Below are positions 1 to 10,442 of a DNA stretch of 50,581 nucleotides, in pieces; position 1 is the stretch's first letter; every line of letters begins with the position of its first letter. Under the pieces are notes generated by a model. That model had not been told where the DNA came from, ran no database searches, and saw only the letters and a program-made list of their open reading frames with translations. Origin of the DNA: an uncultured bacterium. GTDB lineage: Bacteria; Actinomycetota; Actinomycetes; JAVEEB01. Made by a program: the position numbers and the translations under genes. Location of the stretch: NCBI GenBank assembly GCA_964236265.1, contig CAXSDE010000013.1, positions 7,737-58,317 of the forward strand, in the 5' to 3' direction.

Positions 1-1210
1 CCGCCTGCAGGTCGCTGACTTGCGTGTCCGACTGCTTCGGCTGCGCGAACGACTTCTGGGCGATCGACGGCGCGGCAACCAATGTGTAGGTCCCGAGCAC
101 CGACAACTTCGGCTCATCAGTGGCGGGGGGGGTCGGTGCAGGCTTCTTCGGGGGCACCGGCGTCGGTGGCACAGCAGGCGGCTTCGGAGCGCCCGCGCCG
201 TTGGTGTCGGCGGGCCCAGTCTCGGGCGGCAACACCGGCTTGGACAGCTCCAGCTGCGGCACGGTCGGCCACTTCGCCGAGCCGACCGGAGTCGCCGGAG
301 CGCCCGGCTGGCCCGGCGTCACGGACCCAGCCGCACCACTTTGGGCCGTGTTGACGCCGGCCGACGGCTGGCCGCCGGTCGCGCCGTCCGTCGCGGCAGT
401 GTCTGCCGAGACCGTCGTCAGCGGCAGGGACGAGGTCACTGGCGCTGGCAGCGCCGCGGTGCGCGACGGCGTCGGGCTGCCACCACGCGAGATGAAGGGG
501 AGCGAGACGAGGATCGCCAGGATCAGCGCGAGAGCGGACTTGACGCCCTGCCCCGACTCGGCCCAGAGGAGGGCGAGCGTTCGCCGGAGCGAGCGCCGGG
601 CCCGGTGCAGCGTGTGCTTCACGGCCGTCTCCGGGATGCCCATCTCCGCGGCAATCTGGGCGAGCGACTTCTCCTCGACCTCGCGCTTGATGAGCGCGTC
701 TCGGTGCGTCGGCGACAGCAGCGCGAGCGCCTCGCGGACAATCGCCGCGTCCTCTGCCGCGTAGATCGGATCGTCGATGTTGCCGTCGTCCATCAGATCC
801 GTGTCGGTCGCCTCGTCGTAGCCGACAAGCCGCGGTCGGCGTGCCTGCGCGCGGAAGCGGTCGATGCAGAGGTTGGTGACGGTGCGGCGGCAGTAGGACA
901 GCGCCTGCAGCTCGGTCTCGAGCTCCGGCAGGGCGAGGAACAGGCGCAGGAGAGCTTCCTGGACGACCTCGTCGATGTCTCGCTGGTCGTTGAGGTAACG
1001 GCGCGCGTGGGCGACGAAGGAGGAGCGGTGGCGCACGTACAGGGAGGAGAAGTCGTGGGGGTCACGACCGACTGGACGATCAAGGACTCCGGGCATCGTC
1101 GACGCGTCGCCGGCGATGGCGTCGTCAACGGCGTCGGCAAACAGCGGGTCTGCCTCGATGCCGGGCAGAGCGACCGACGTCGGTCGCGACGAACCAGGGC
1201 CTGAAGTCAT
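1..1210 (-). CDS. ECF-type sigma-70 factor with C-terminal transmembrane helix and Pro/Ala/Thr-rich extension (3' end beyond window)
   Basis: Manual translation from ATG 1210 (RBS GGAGG upstream) is open to base 1. Region 2: FSSLYVRHR..DIDEVVQEALLRLF..RRTVTNLCIDRFR. Region 4: ALALLSPTHRDALIKREVEEKSLAQIAAEMGIPETAVKHTLHRARRSLRR. Then ALALILAILVSLPFI and a Pro-rich tail. Confidence 0.88.
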   Translation of the reverse strand, partial: MTSGPGSSRPTSVALPGIEADPLFADAVDDAIAGDASTMPGVLDRPVGRDPHDFSSLYVRHRSSFVAHARRYLNDQRDIDEVVQEALLRLFLALPELETELQALSYCRRTVTNLCIDRFRAQARRPRLVGYDEATDTDLMDDGNIDDPIYAAEDAAIVREALALLSPTHRDALIKREVEEKSLAQIAAEMGIPETAVKHTLHRARRSLRRTLALLWAESGQGVKSALALILAILVSLPFISRGGSPTPSRTAALPAPVTSSLPLTTVSADTAATDGATGGQPSAGVNTAQSGAAGSVTPGQPGAPATPVGSAKWPTVPQLELSKPVLPPETGPADTNGAGAPKPPAVPPTPVPPKKPAPTPPATDEPKLSVLGTYTLVAAPSIAQKSFAQPKQSDTQVSDLQA

Positions 1211-1587
1211 CCAGTTACCTCCCTTCCTTCTAGTAGGACGACGGAGTCACCGTCCGGTCGCGCTCTGCAGTCGAGAAAGTTTGCACGAACGAAACACTGT
1301 GCCCTTTACAACGCGGCAGTTCCGGGCACACCCGGACGAGAACCCTAACGCCTCGTTTATCAGATTCCGACACGCCGTGCTGACCGAAGCGATCTTCGAC
1401 CACGCGCAGTGGGTACGCACAGATTCGCCCAAAACCGACGAAAGCGTCTCATGTCGGGCACGGGACGCACAAGAGGCGCAGCTACGCTGCCGCGTGGCGA
1501 CGCTGATTCCCCTGTCGCGCAGAAAGAAGCACATCGCGGCGCTGGGTTTGCCAGGCAGGCGACGGGACTTCCCTGGACCCATGATCA

Positions 1588-2236
1588 TCACGGGTCTCGC
1601 CGGATCCGGCCAGCCGCGGTCGACGGCTTGCGCGTGGGTGAGGACGTCGACTGCGAGGTAGCGGCGCCCTTCGACCCACTCGTCGTGCTGCTCGGCGAGG
1701 ACGGCGCCAACGAGCCGGATGATCGAAGCCCGGTCGGGAAAGCCCGACGACGTCGGTGCGCCTGCGGATCTCGCCGTTCAGCCGTTCCTGGGGGTTGTTC
1801 GACCAGATCTGTCGCCAGAGTTCTTTCGGGAACGCGGGTGAACGCGAGGATGTCAGCGCGTGCGTGGTCGAGGTGCTCGGCCACTTTCGGGAGCTTGTCG
1901 TGCAGGGCGTCGCAGGCCCCACCCACCCCGGTGTTCGACTTGGCCGTGACGCACGCCGCGGCCGATGTCATTGGTCAGACAGGACACCCGGGGCTGAGCC
2001 GGTCGGCAACGCGTTGACGAACGTCGCGAGCAGCTCACGCATCAGATCACGACTGGCCTGGGCGAGCTCTCGCTCAGGAAGCGGGCAGGGTCGATACTGG
2101 GCACAGCGGTCATCGTTGGTGTCCTTTTTCGAGTCGGTTGTCACAGGTCACTCGAAGGATCCACCCGGTGGCCGCGCCTACGTCGCAGGCACGCGCTCAC
2201 TCAGGTCCTTCGTACATCACTCTGTTGGACTCCACT
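1588..2236 (-). mobile_element. Degenerate, internally deleted IS256-family element
   Basis: Transposase N-terminus MTAVPSIDPARFL../LAQASRDLMRELLATFVNAL from ATG 2113. C-terminal pieces lie in three frames: [80 protein letters not shown]. An IS256-like end AGTGGAGTCCAACAGAGTGATGTACG occupies 2236-2211. Confidence 0.85.
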
Positions 2237-2291
2237 CCAGCCACTGGCTCCCGGCTCACCGGGTTGCCCATCCCGCGCGCCACAGTTCCCG

Positions 2292-3554
2292 TCAGTTGTA
2301 GCCAATGAAGGCATAGGAATTGAGGATCTGGCGTCCCCACAGATGCGCACGCTCGTTCGCAGTGAGGCCGACCTCGTCGGCAGCACGTGTCCACTCCGCT
2401 CGGATGGTCGAGACCTGGTGGTCGACGATGTCACGAGCTTCGTGCTTCGACAGGCCGTACGAGCCGGCCGCGCCGACGCACACGCTGAATTGACTGTCTC
2501 GGCGGCCGTCGCTCGTGATGTCCATGGCCTGTCGCGATTCGGTGCCCGACCGCAGTTGCGGGCAGATGTCGTAGGCCGGGGTCAGCTCGAGCTCCCTCCC
2601 GTCCCAGAATGCCGCGTGGTTGCGGGCGTGGTCGTCGATGTTGCCAACCGCGATGTTGAAAACGATCCGTTCGAAGAGCCGGCGTCCCATCAGGTCACCG
2701 TCTCGGCCCCGGCGACGAAGCACGTCGAGGACATCCACGTAAGAGGAGTAGCGCGCCCCGAGGAAGTCGTCGAAGCCGAGCATCGTCAGCGCGGAGACCA
2801 TCATCAGGCGGTCCCCGTGCGCTGACCGGTCGAACCGCTGCACGAGCAGGACGTCACGGCCGAGCGAGGTCGTCACACGGGTGGGGGGAACGTCGATGCC
2901 GACGTGCCGAGCGAGCTCCATCGCGACCGCCTCAGCCTTGACAACCGGGTAGGTGTCCGATGACACAGACAACTTCGCGATCCAACTGGTTTCGTCGTCA
3001 TAGACGAGCACCTTCGGGCGGGCGCCACCCACCGCGGTGGCGTTGACCAGCGCGTCACCGAGGACCGCCGAGAGGTCTCCCCGCTCCACGGCCTGCGCGG
3101 CGGCATGCAACTCGTCCAGGCTCGCGTGCTCCACTCGCGGGACGTACTCGTCGGCGGTGGCCTGGAAGTCCAGGGCGCCGATGCGGTCGGATCCGGACTC
3201 CAGGAGGTAGGTCAACTTGGTGGCCTCGACTCGGTCTGCGGCGTCGCCGTATCGCCCGCCCGCCAGCCGCGCGTTGATGACGCGCTGACCCCATGAGTCA
3301 GGACTCGCATCCCACAGGCAGCCAGGCATGTCCAGGCCGACGGGAGGGTCCTGCCACCCCGCCCGCAGCGGAAGCTCCGCCCCGTAGAGGCTGATGGCAT
3401 CGGAACGGTTGAGATATGTGCGACCGTAGATGAACTGGTGCCGGCTGCCGACCCGACGCAGTCGTCCGGCGGGCACGGGGTCGGCCGCTCCCGGCAGCCA
3501 GACCCACACGAATGCCTCGCCGGGAGATGAGGCGAGCCGATCAGAAGTCGTCAT
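2292..3554 (-). CDS. hipA: HipA-family Ser/Thr kinase toxin
   Basis: AFVWVWLPG N-terminal segment, PDSWG, DRIGALDF, GGARPK, NIDDHARNH and LTPAYD motifs; overlaps the upstream HTH gene. Start re-assigned to ATG 3554. Confidence 0.92.
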   Translation of the reverse strand: MTTSDRLASSPGEAFVWVWLPGAADPVPAGRLRRVGSRHQFIYGRTYLNRSDAISLYGAELPLRAGWQDPPVGLDMPGCLWDASPDSWGQRVINARLAGGRYGDAADRVEATKLTYLLESGSDRIGALDFQATADEYVPRVEHASLDELHAAAQAVERGDLSAVLGDALVNATAVGGARPKVLVYDDETSWIAKLSVSSDTYPVVKAEAVAMELARHVGIDVPPTRVTTSLGRDVLLVQRFDRSAHGDRLMMVSALTMLGFDDFLGARYSSYVDVLDVLRRRGRDGDLMGRRLFERIVFNIAVGNIDDHARNHAAFWDGRELELTPAYDICPQLRSGTESRQAMDITSDGRRDSQFSVCVGAAGSYGLSKHEARDIVDHQVSTIRAEWTRAADEVGLTANERAHLWGRQILNSYAFIGYN

Positions 3555-3891
3555 CAGCATCGCCCTGCGTGCGGACGGCGAGCGTTGGCCGGATGTGCTT
3601 CGGGAGCAGGGCAAGGGTCTCCTCGCCGCGGCGCCGTGCCAACGTGAGGTCGTCACCTTCGAGACCGAATAAATTCACACCCACCGTGAAGGCGGCGTTG
3701 AAGGCCGTCCCGATGGCGACGTTCGGCGACCCGTTCTCGACCGCCGCGAGGGTGCGGGCGTCGACACCGATGCGGCCGGCAAGATCGCTCTGGGTCCAGC
3801 CATGCTCAATCCGCGCGCGCTTCACTTGCCCGCCCAACACCGCCAAGGCGTCGCGGGCAGCGCGAGACATCGCCACACTGTGCTTTGCCAC
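3541..3891 (-). CDS. hipB: XRE/HipB-like HTH antitoxin
   Basis: VKRARIEHGWTQSDLAGRIGVDARTLAAVENG HTH_3 signature; 14-bp overlap with hipA; GTG 3891 follows AAGGTG. Confidence 0.85.
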   Translation of the reverse strand: MAKHSVAMSRAARDALAVLGGQVKRARIEHGWTQSDLAGRIGVDARTLAAVENGSPNVAIGTAFNAAFTVGVNLFGLEGDDLTLARRRGEETLALLPKHIRPTLAVRTQGDADDDF

Positions 3892-3900
3892 TGTCACCTT

Positions 3901-3941
3901 CAATAAAACGCGTCTATTGGCTGGTTGAATGCGTTTTATTG
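3901..3941. promoter_or_regulatory. Inverted repeat, probable HipB operator
   Basis: CAATAAAACGC (3901-3911) and GCGTTTTATTG (3931-3941) form a perfect 11-bp AT-rich inverted repeat just upstream of the antitoxin start. Confidence 0.65.
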
Positions 3942-3983
3942 TAGGAGTTCAGTTGACCTCAAGCTAGTGGCGCGGACTATCCG

Positions 3984-4538
3984 TTAGAACTGCACCTGAA
4001 CGGGCGCCCGGACCGCGGCGTCCTCGACCTCGAAGTAGTCGGCCTTGCTGAAGTGGAACGCCGACGCGATGACCGAGGAGGGGAACGCCTCGACGCGCGT
4101 GTTGAGCGCGCGGACGTTGCCGTTGTAGAAGCGGCGGGCGGCGGCGATGCGGTCCTCGGTCTCAGCGAGCTGCGCCTGCAGCGCCACAAAACTGCTGTCC
4201 GCCTTCAATGTCGGGTAGTTCTCGGCGACGGCGAACAGGCCGCCGAGTGACCGGCCGAGCGAAGTCTCCGCCGTTGCCTGCGCCGTCACGGTGCCGGCCT
4301 GCTCCGCCGCGGTGCGGGCGGCAGTCACGGCCTGCAGGACGCCCGCCTCGTGGGCGGCGTAGCCCTTGACGGTCTCGATCAGATTGGGGATGAGGTCGTA
4401 CCGCCGCTTCAGCTCGACGTCGACCTGCTTCCACGACTCCTGGACGAGGTTGCGCTGGCGGACAAACCGGTTGTACGACGCGATGACCGCGATGACGAGC
4501 ACCACCAGGATCGCGACGATGACCGGGACGACCTTCAC
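3984..4538 (-). CDS. lemA: LemA family protein
   Basis: N-terminal TM, then YNRFV..SWKQVDVELKRRYDLIPNLIETVKGYAAHE, AVAENYPTLKA and TEDRIAAARRFYN. Confidence 0.95.
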   Translation of the reverse strand: MKVVPVIVAILVVLVIAVIASYNRFVRQRNLVQESWKQVDVELKRRYDLIPNLIETVKGYAAHEAGVLQAVTAARTAAEQAGTVTAQATAETSLGRSLGGLFAVAENYPTLKADSSFVALQAQLAETEDRIAAARRFYNGNVRALNTRVEAFPSSVIASAFHFSKADYFEVEDAAVRAPVQVQF

Positions 4539-4615
4539 GTTTCCTCCTTACGCGCAGGCAGCGCGTGTCCAGCACTATGACTGATATCGGCACCGCGCGC
4601 GGGGAGATGAACGGC

Positions 4616-5281
4616 TCACGCGGTCGGCGGCGGGAGCGCCCCGACGTCCTTCCACACGAAAGCGGGAATTCCCGCGAGGACCTGCTTGGCCGTGTCGAGC
4701 TGGCTGAGCAGCACCGAGGGGCTCAGGTCGCCGCGGGTGAAACAGACCAGCCACGGGCCCTCGAAATGCCACGCCAGCGGGGGACGCGACAGGAGCAGCT
4801 CCATGGTGCGGGCGGTCAGCACGTCGTACGCGAACTTGGGCACGTCCGCTGTGACATGGAAACCGCGGTTGAAGTCCTCGCTCTCCAGCTTGACTCCCCC
4901 GCCGCTGAAGATCCGCGCCACCGGGCCCGTGGGCCGGACGCTCAGCGGCGGCATCGGCACGGCGAGCTGGAGCGCAGTGACGGCGGAGGAGTGGGTGGTC
5001 GAGTCGTCGCCGTTGTGGGTCGTGTATTGGTAGTCGAGCCCGACGAACGGCCAGCCGCCGGACGATCCCTGGATGACGTTGCGGCACTGGCGGCTCGACC
5101 CCTCACCGAACGGGTCGAGGCGCCACGTCCGGGCCCATTCGTCCTGCCGCTTGCTGAACGTCCAGCCGTTGGCCTTGGCCACGTTGGCGAGGCCGTCCCG
5201 CAGCTTGGCGTTGCGGCGCCAGCTGTAGATCAGCGCAGCTGCACACACAAGGACGAAGATGATGATCTTGAACGAGGGCAC
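4616..5281 (-). CDS. Membrane-anchored hypothetical protein (DUF3137-like), LemA partner
   Basis: N-terminal TM, PFGEG and VKLESEDFNRGFHV motifs; sits directly upstream of lemA. Start (GTG 5281) uncertain. Confidence 0.65.
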   Translation of the reverse strand: MPSFKIIIFVLVCAAALIYSWRRNAKLRDGLANVAKANGWTFSKRQDEWARTWRLDPFGEGSSRQCRNVIQGSSGGWPFVGLDYQYTTHNGDDSTTHSSAVTALQLAVPMPPLSVRPTGPVARIFSGGGVKLESEDFNRGFHVTADVPKFAYDVLTARTMELLLSRPPLAWHFEGPWLVCFTRGDLSPSVLLSQLDTAKQVLAGIPAFVWKDVGALPPPTA

Positions 5282-5437
5282 GCGCTGAGCATGGCAGTCA
5301 CCGGGCGCCGGCGCGGGACAATGCGGCCTGTTCACCCATCAGGCAGGCCTCAAATCGCGGGTCGGCGGCCACGATAGGCTGCCCCCAACGCTGCCAACGA
5401 GGGGTTTTGCCATGACCGCACGACAGACGGCCCGCGC

Positions 5438-6498
5438 ATGAAGGCGCTGGTCCTCTCCGGCGGCGCCGGCACCCGGCTCCGGCCGATCACCTACACGTCC
5501 GCCAAGCAGCTCGTCCCCGTCGCCAACAAGCCGGTGCTGTTCTACGGCCTCGAGAGCCTCCGCGACGCCGGGATCAGCGACATCGGCATCGTCGTCGGCG
5601 ACACGGCCGCGGAGATCCAGGCGGCGGTCGGCGACGGCAGCGCACTCGGCATCAACGTCACCTACATCCAGCAGGACGCGCCGCGCGGGCTCGCCCACGC
5701 CGTGATGATCGCTCAGGACTATCTGGGCGACGACGAGTTCGTCATGTATCTCGGCGACAACTTCATCGTCGGCGGCATCGGCGACTTCATCGACGAGTTC
5801 CACGCGACGAAGCCCGACGCGCAGATCCTGTTGACCCGCGTGGCCAACCCACGGGAGTTCGGCGTCGCGGAGCTCGACGCGAGCGGCCGCGTCGTCGGGC
5901 TGGAGGAAAAGCCGCAGGAGCCCAAGTCGGATTTGGCGCTCGTCGGCGTCTACCTCTTCACGCCGGTCGTCCACGAGGCCGTGCGCTCGATCAAGCCGTC
6001 GTGGCGCGGCGAGCTCGAGATCACGCACGCGATCCAGTGGCTCATCGACAACGGCAACGACGTGCGCTCGCGGCAGATCAGCGGCTATTGGAAGGACACG
6101 GGCAACGTCAACGACATGCTCGAGGTCAACCGGTCGATCCTGGAGACGCTCGAGCCGTCGGTCATCGGTCCGGTGACGGACAGCGAGCTGATCGGACGCG
6201 TCGTCGTACCGGCTTCTTCGTCCATCACCGGCTCGCGCGTCGTCGGCCCCGTCATCCTCGGCGAGAACGTCCACATCGACTCGGCCTACGTCGGCCCGTT
6301 CACCTCCATCGACGACGACTGCACCATCACCGACAGCGAGATCGAATACTCGATCGTGCTCAAGGGCGCGTCGATCCGAGGGGTGCGCCGCATCGAGGCG
6401 TCCCTCATCGGCCGCGAGGTCGAGGTCACCCCGTCACCCCGCATGCCGCACGCGCACCGGCTCGTGCTCGGCGACCACAGCAAGGTGCAGATTTCATC

Positions 6499-6502
<4 letters not shown>
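5438..6502 (+). CDS. rmlA: Glucose-1-phosphate thymidylyltransferase (long form)
   Basis: MKALVLSGGAGTRLRPITYTSAKQLVPVANKP, YLGDN, EEKP, RGELEIT and YWKDTG. Confidence 0.96.
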
Positions 6503-7481
<979 letters not shown>

Positions 7482-7485
<4 letters not shown>

Positions 7486-8342
7486 CCCGGTTCGCGGTGC
7501 TCGGCGCGCAGGGCATGCTGGGCGCGGATCTCGTGCCGGTGCTGGAAGCTGCGGGGCACTCCGTCGCGCGGTTCGGCAGGGTGGACTGCGACGTCACTGA
7601 CCCTTCGTCGGTGGCGGCGGCCGTGACCGGCGCGGACGTCGTGGTGAACTGTGCGGCGTACACGAAAGTCGACGACGCCGAGTCGGACGAGGGGACGGCG
7701 CTCGCTATCAACGGGATCGCTCCGGGGATCGTCGCGGCGGAGTGCGGCGAGGCTGGGGCTCGGCTCGTGCACATCTCGACCGACTACGTGTTCCCCGGGG
7801 ATGCGACTGAGCCCTACGACGAGGACGCGCCGACGGGGCCACGGTCCGCCTACGGGCGCACGAAGCTCGCCGGCGAGCAGGCCGTGCTGGGCGCGTTGCC
7901 GGAGCAGTCGTGGATCGTGCGGACGGCGTGGCTGTACGGCGCGTACGGACCGAACTTCGTTGCCACGATGCGGACGTTGGAGGCGTCGCGCGACACCGTC
8001 GACGTCGTAGAGGACCAACGTGGACAGCCGACGTGGACGGTCGACCTGGCGTCGCAGATCCTCGAGCTGGTCGAGGCGGACGCGCCGTTCGGGATGTACC
8101 ACGGAACGTCGTCGGGCGAGACGACCTGGCACGGGCTGGCGCAGGAGGTGTTCACGCTCGCGGGCGCCGACGCGTCGCGGGTGCACACGACGACGAGCGC
8201 GGCGTTCGTGCGGCCGGCGCCGCGGCCGGCCTACAGCGTGTTGGGTCACAAGCGCTGGGCTGACGCCGGCCTCGCGCCGATGCGTGACTGGCGCGACGCG
8301 CTGCACGCCGCATGGCCCGTCATGTTCGGCAACACCGCTTGA
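7482..8342 (+). CDS. rmlD: dTDP-4-dehydrorhamnose reductase
   Basis: TTG 7482 overlaps the rmlB stop; GAQGMLG, NCAAYTKVD, HISTDYVF, YGRTKLAGE and PAPRPAYSVL. Confidence 0.94.
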
Positions 8343-8393
8343 TCGAGTGGACCACCCTTTCGCACCAGTAAAGGGTCGAGCGACGCACGGGAG

Positions 8394-8726
8394 TTGGTCC
8401 GGGGATGGGGTCTGCTGACCACGGAAGTGGCACCACGCGTGGCGCCGATGCTGTTGCTCGTGCGAGCCGCGGCAGCGCACGACCCCGAGATGATCGGGCT
8501 GGCCGCGGAGCTCGATGCAGCACGCCGCACGCGCATGACCGCCAATGCGAGGCGACTGCACAAGACGGGACAGCTGCGCCGCGGGCAGACGGTCAGTGTG
8601 ACGACAGGCGTCCTGTGGACCTACAGCTCCCCCGAGCTCTTCGACCTTCTCGTTCAGCGCAGTCAGTGGCCTGTCGCGCGCTACGCGGCCTTCGTCACCG
8701 AAGGGATCACCGCACAACTCTTCTGA
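8394..8726 (+). pseudogene. C-terminal fragment of a TetR-family regulator (HTH missing)
   Basis: RVAPMLLLVRAAAAHDPEM..LWTYSSPELFDLLVQRSQWPVARYAAFV resembles actinobacterial TetR C-domains; there is no room for an N-terminal HTH after rmlD. Confidence 0.6.
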
Positions 8727-8730
8727 CTCG

Positions 8731-9120
8731 TCAGAACTCCGGCGAACGACGGACCGTCCGCAGCATGGTCGCCATTCCCGCCAGGCAGCCGATGAACGCG
8801 AACATGCCCACCGTTTTCACGTTCGGCGAGACGAGCATGCTCGCAATGACAACGACCACTGAGAAGATCGACGCGGCGATGGATGCACCCCTTGCGGCGC
8901 GTGCTCCGGTCCGCCCACCGAACGTCAACGCGATGAGCGCGCCGACCGCCGCCCCACCAACGGTGCCGGCCACGCACGACCACCAGACGAGCTTCGACGC
9001 GTGACGCGAGGCGAGATCCACGCCGAACACAACTGCGCACAACCCGAAAAACGTCACGCCGATCGCGGCGGGATGGTCGTATAGCCAAGCGCGGCGAACC
9101 ATCTGGCGAGCTCCTGTCAT
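8731..9120 (-). CDS. Small four-TM hypothetical membrane protein
   Basis: ATG 9120 with a purine-rich RBS; four hydrophobic segments. Confidence 0.5.
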   Translation of the reverse strand: MTGARQMVRRAWLYDHPAAIGVTFFGLCAVVFGVDLASRHASKLVWWSCVAGTVGGAAVGALIALTFGGRTGARAARGASIAASIFSVVVVIASMLVSPNVKTVGMFAFIGCLAGMATMLRTVRRSPEF

Positions 9121-9262
9121 CGATTTGCCCTTCCAAAGCATTTCGTGACGCCGGCCACGAGAGTTTTGCGGTTGGCGGCCGACCGACCCGGAGTTCCCCG
9201 AGGCGCAGGCGGCCGCCCTGCGCAAGCTGCTGATGGAACGCGCGGCCCGCTGGGAGTCCGCC

Positions 9263-9982
9263 TCAGGTCCCGATGACCCCGCGCAGTGACGCTTCGACAG
9301 CGGCCTCGACGTGCAGGCGGGTGGTCGAGAACACGGGCACCGGGCTGTCCTCCTGCGCGACCAGCAGCTCGATTTCGGTGCAGCCGAGGATCACGCCCTG
9401 CGCGCCCGCCTCGACGAGCCGCTCGATCACCCGCCGATAGACGACCCGCGACTCGTCGCGGATGACCCCGAGGCACAGCTCCTCGTAGATGATTCGGTGC
9501 ACCTCGGCGCGGTCGGCCGCCTCAGGGACGAGCACCGCCAGGCGGTGCCTCGCGAGCCGGTCCCGGTAGAAGTCCTGCTCCATCGTGAAAGCGGTGCCGA
9601 GCAACCCGACCGTCGACACCCCGGCGGCCACGACAGCGAACGCGCTTGCGTCGGCGAGGTGCAGCAACGGGATCGACACCGCGGACTGCACCTGATCCGC
9701 CACCTTGTGCATCGTGTTGGTGCACAGCAGCAACAGGTCCGCGCCCGCCGCCTCCACACCGACGGCGACCTCGGCGAGCGCTCGCCCGGCCTCGTCCCAA
9801 TCGCCCGCGGCCTGCAGCTGCTCGATTTCCGCGAAGTCGACCGACGCGATCACGCAGCGCGCGGAGTGCAGACCACCGAGCCGCTCCCGCACGAGCTCGT
9901 TCGCGAGGCGGTAGTAGAGAGCCGTCGACTCCCAGCTCATGCCGCCGACCATCCCGATAACGCGCGGCCGGACATCACTCAT
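9263..9982 (-). CDS. Aspartate/glutamate racemase family protein (YgeA-like)
   Basis: IGMVGGMSWEST, CTNTMHKV, GLLGTAFTM and ILGCTEI. True start ATG 9982; the longer ORF is read-through of the repeat region. Confidence 0.93.
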   Translation of the reverse strand: MSDVRPRVIGMVGGMSWESTALYYRLANELVRERLGGLHSARCVIASVDFAEIEQLQAAGDWDEAGRALAEVAVGVEAAGADLLLLCTNTMHKVADQVQSAVSIPLLHLADASAFAVVAAGVSTVGLLGTAFTMEQDFYRDRLARHRLAVLVPEAADRAEVHRIIYEELCLGVIRDESRVVYRRVIERLVEAGAQGVILGCTEIELLVAQEDSPVPVFSTTRLHVEAAVEASLRGVIGT

Positions 9983-10017
9983 GCGCTCATCGTCGCTCAA
10001 CCCGTCGCGGCCGGTGC

Positions 10018-10442
10018 AACGTGGGAGCGGCAGCCGCCCCAGAGCCGGGCCAGCGCTCCACAAGTAAACCGGGTTGCTCCAACGTGGGAGCGGCAGCCAC
10101 CCCAGAGCCGGGCCAGCGCTCCACGCCGCGGGTTGTGGGGCCGGGTTGGGGGGCGCCGGGTGGGGGGCCGGAACGGGTTGCGGCCGAGCGGATCTAACGT
10201 GGGGCGGCAGCCGCCCCAGAGCCGGGCCAGCGCTCCACACCACGGGTTGGGGGGCCGGGTTGGGGGGCCGGGCCGGGTTGGCGCTCGATAACCCGGGTTG
10301 GGGGCCTGGCCAGCCTCAATCCGTCTCGGCCGGTGCAACGTGGGAGCGGTAGCCGCCCCAGGGCCGGGTTAGCGCTCCACAAGTCGGCCGGGCGGAGCGG
10401 CCGTGGAGCGACAGCCGCCCCAGGGCCGGGCTAGCGCTCCAC
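10018..10442. repeat. Five copies of a 40-44 bp palindromic repeat (REP-like) with irregular G-rich spacers
   Basis: Consensus AACGTGGGAGCGGCAGCCGCCCCAGAGCCGGGCCAGCGCTCCAC at 10018, 10081, 10196, 10337 and 10403; the ends GTG(G)GAGCG and CGCTCCAC are complementary. Confidence 0.9.

Noticed and set aside
20-1204. Long + strand ORF, and similar Arg-rich antisense ORFs (e.g. 12382-14169, 21432-23177, 34697-36346, 46894-48756)
   Set aside because: These are shadow frames of real genes on the opposite strand, expected in high-GC DNA, with no recognisable motifs.
1564-1592. Possible IS3-like terminal sequence GGGACTTCCCTGGACCCATGATC at the broken end of the IS256 relic
   Set aside because: The resemblance is from memory only; there is no partner end or transposase to support it.
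9180-9265. Coding-like + strand fragment TDPEFPEAQAAALRKLLMERAARWES
   Set aside because: Too short, with no start codon and no assignable family.
9983-10243. Pro/Trp-rich N-terminal extension of the racemase
   Set aside because: It is the translated repeat array; the family N-terminus begins right after ATG 9982.
10018-10442. CRISPR array interpretation of the five-copy repeat
   Set aside because: Spacers range from 19 to 98 bp, are low-complexity and resemble one another. The repeats vary internally, and no cas genes or AT-rich leader are present.
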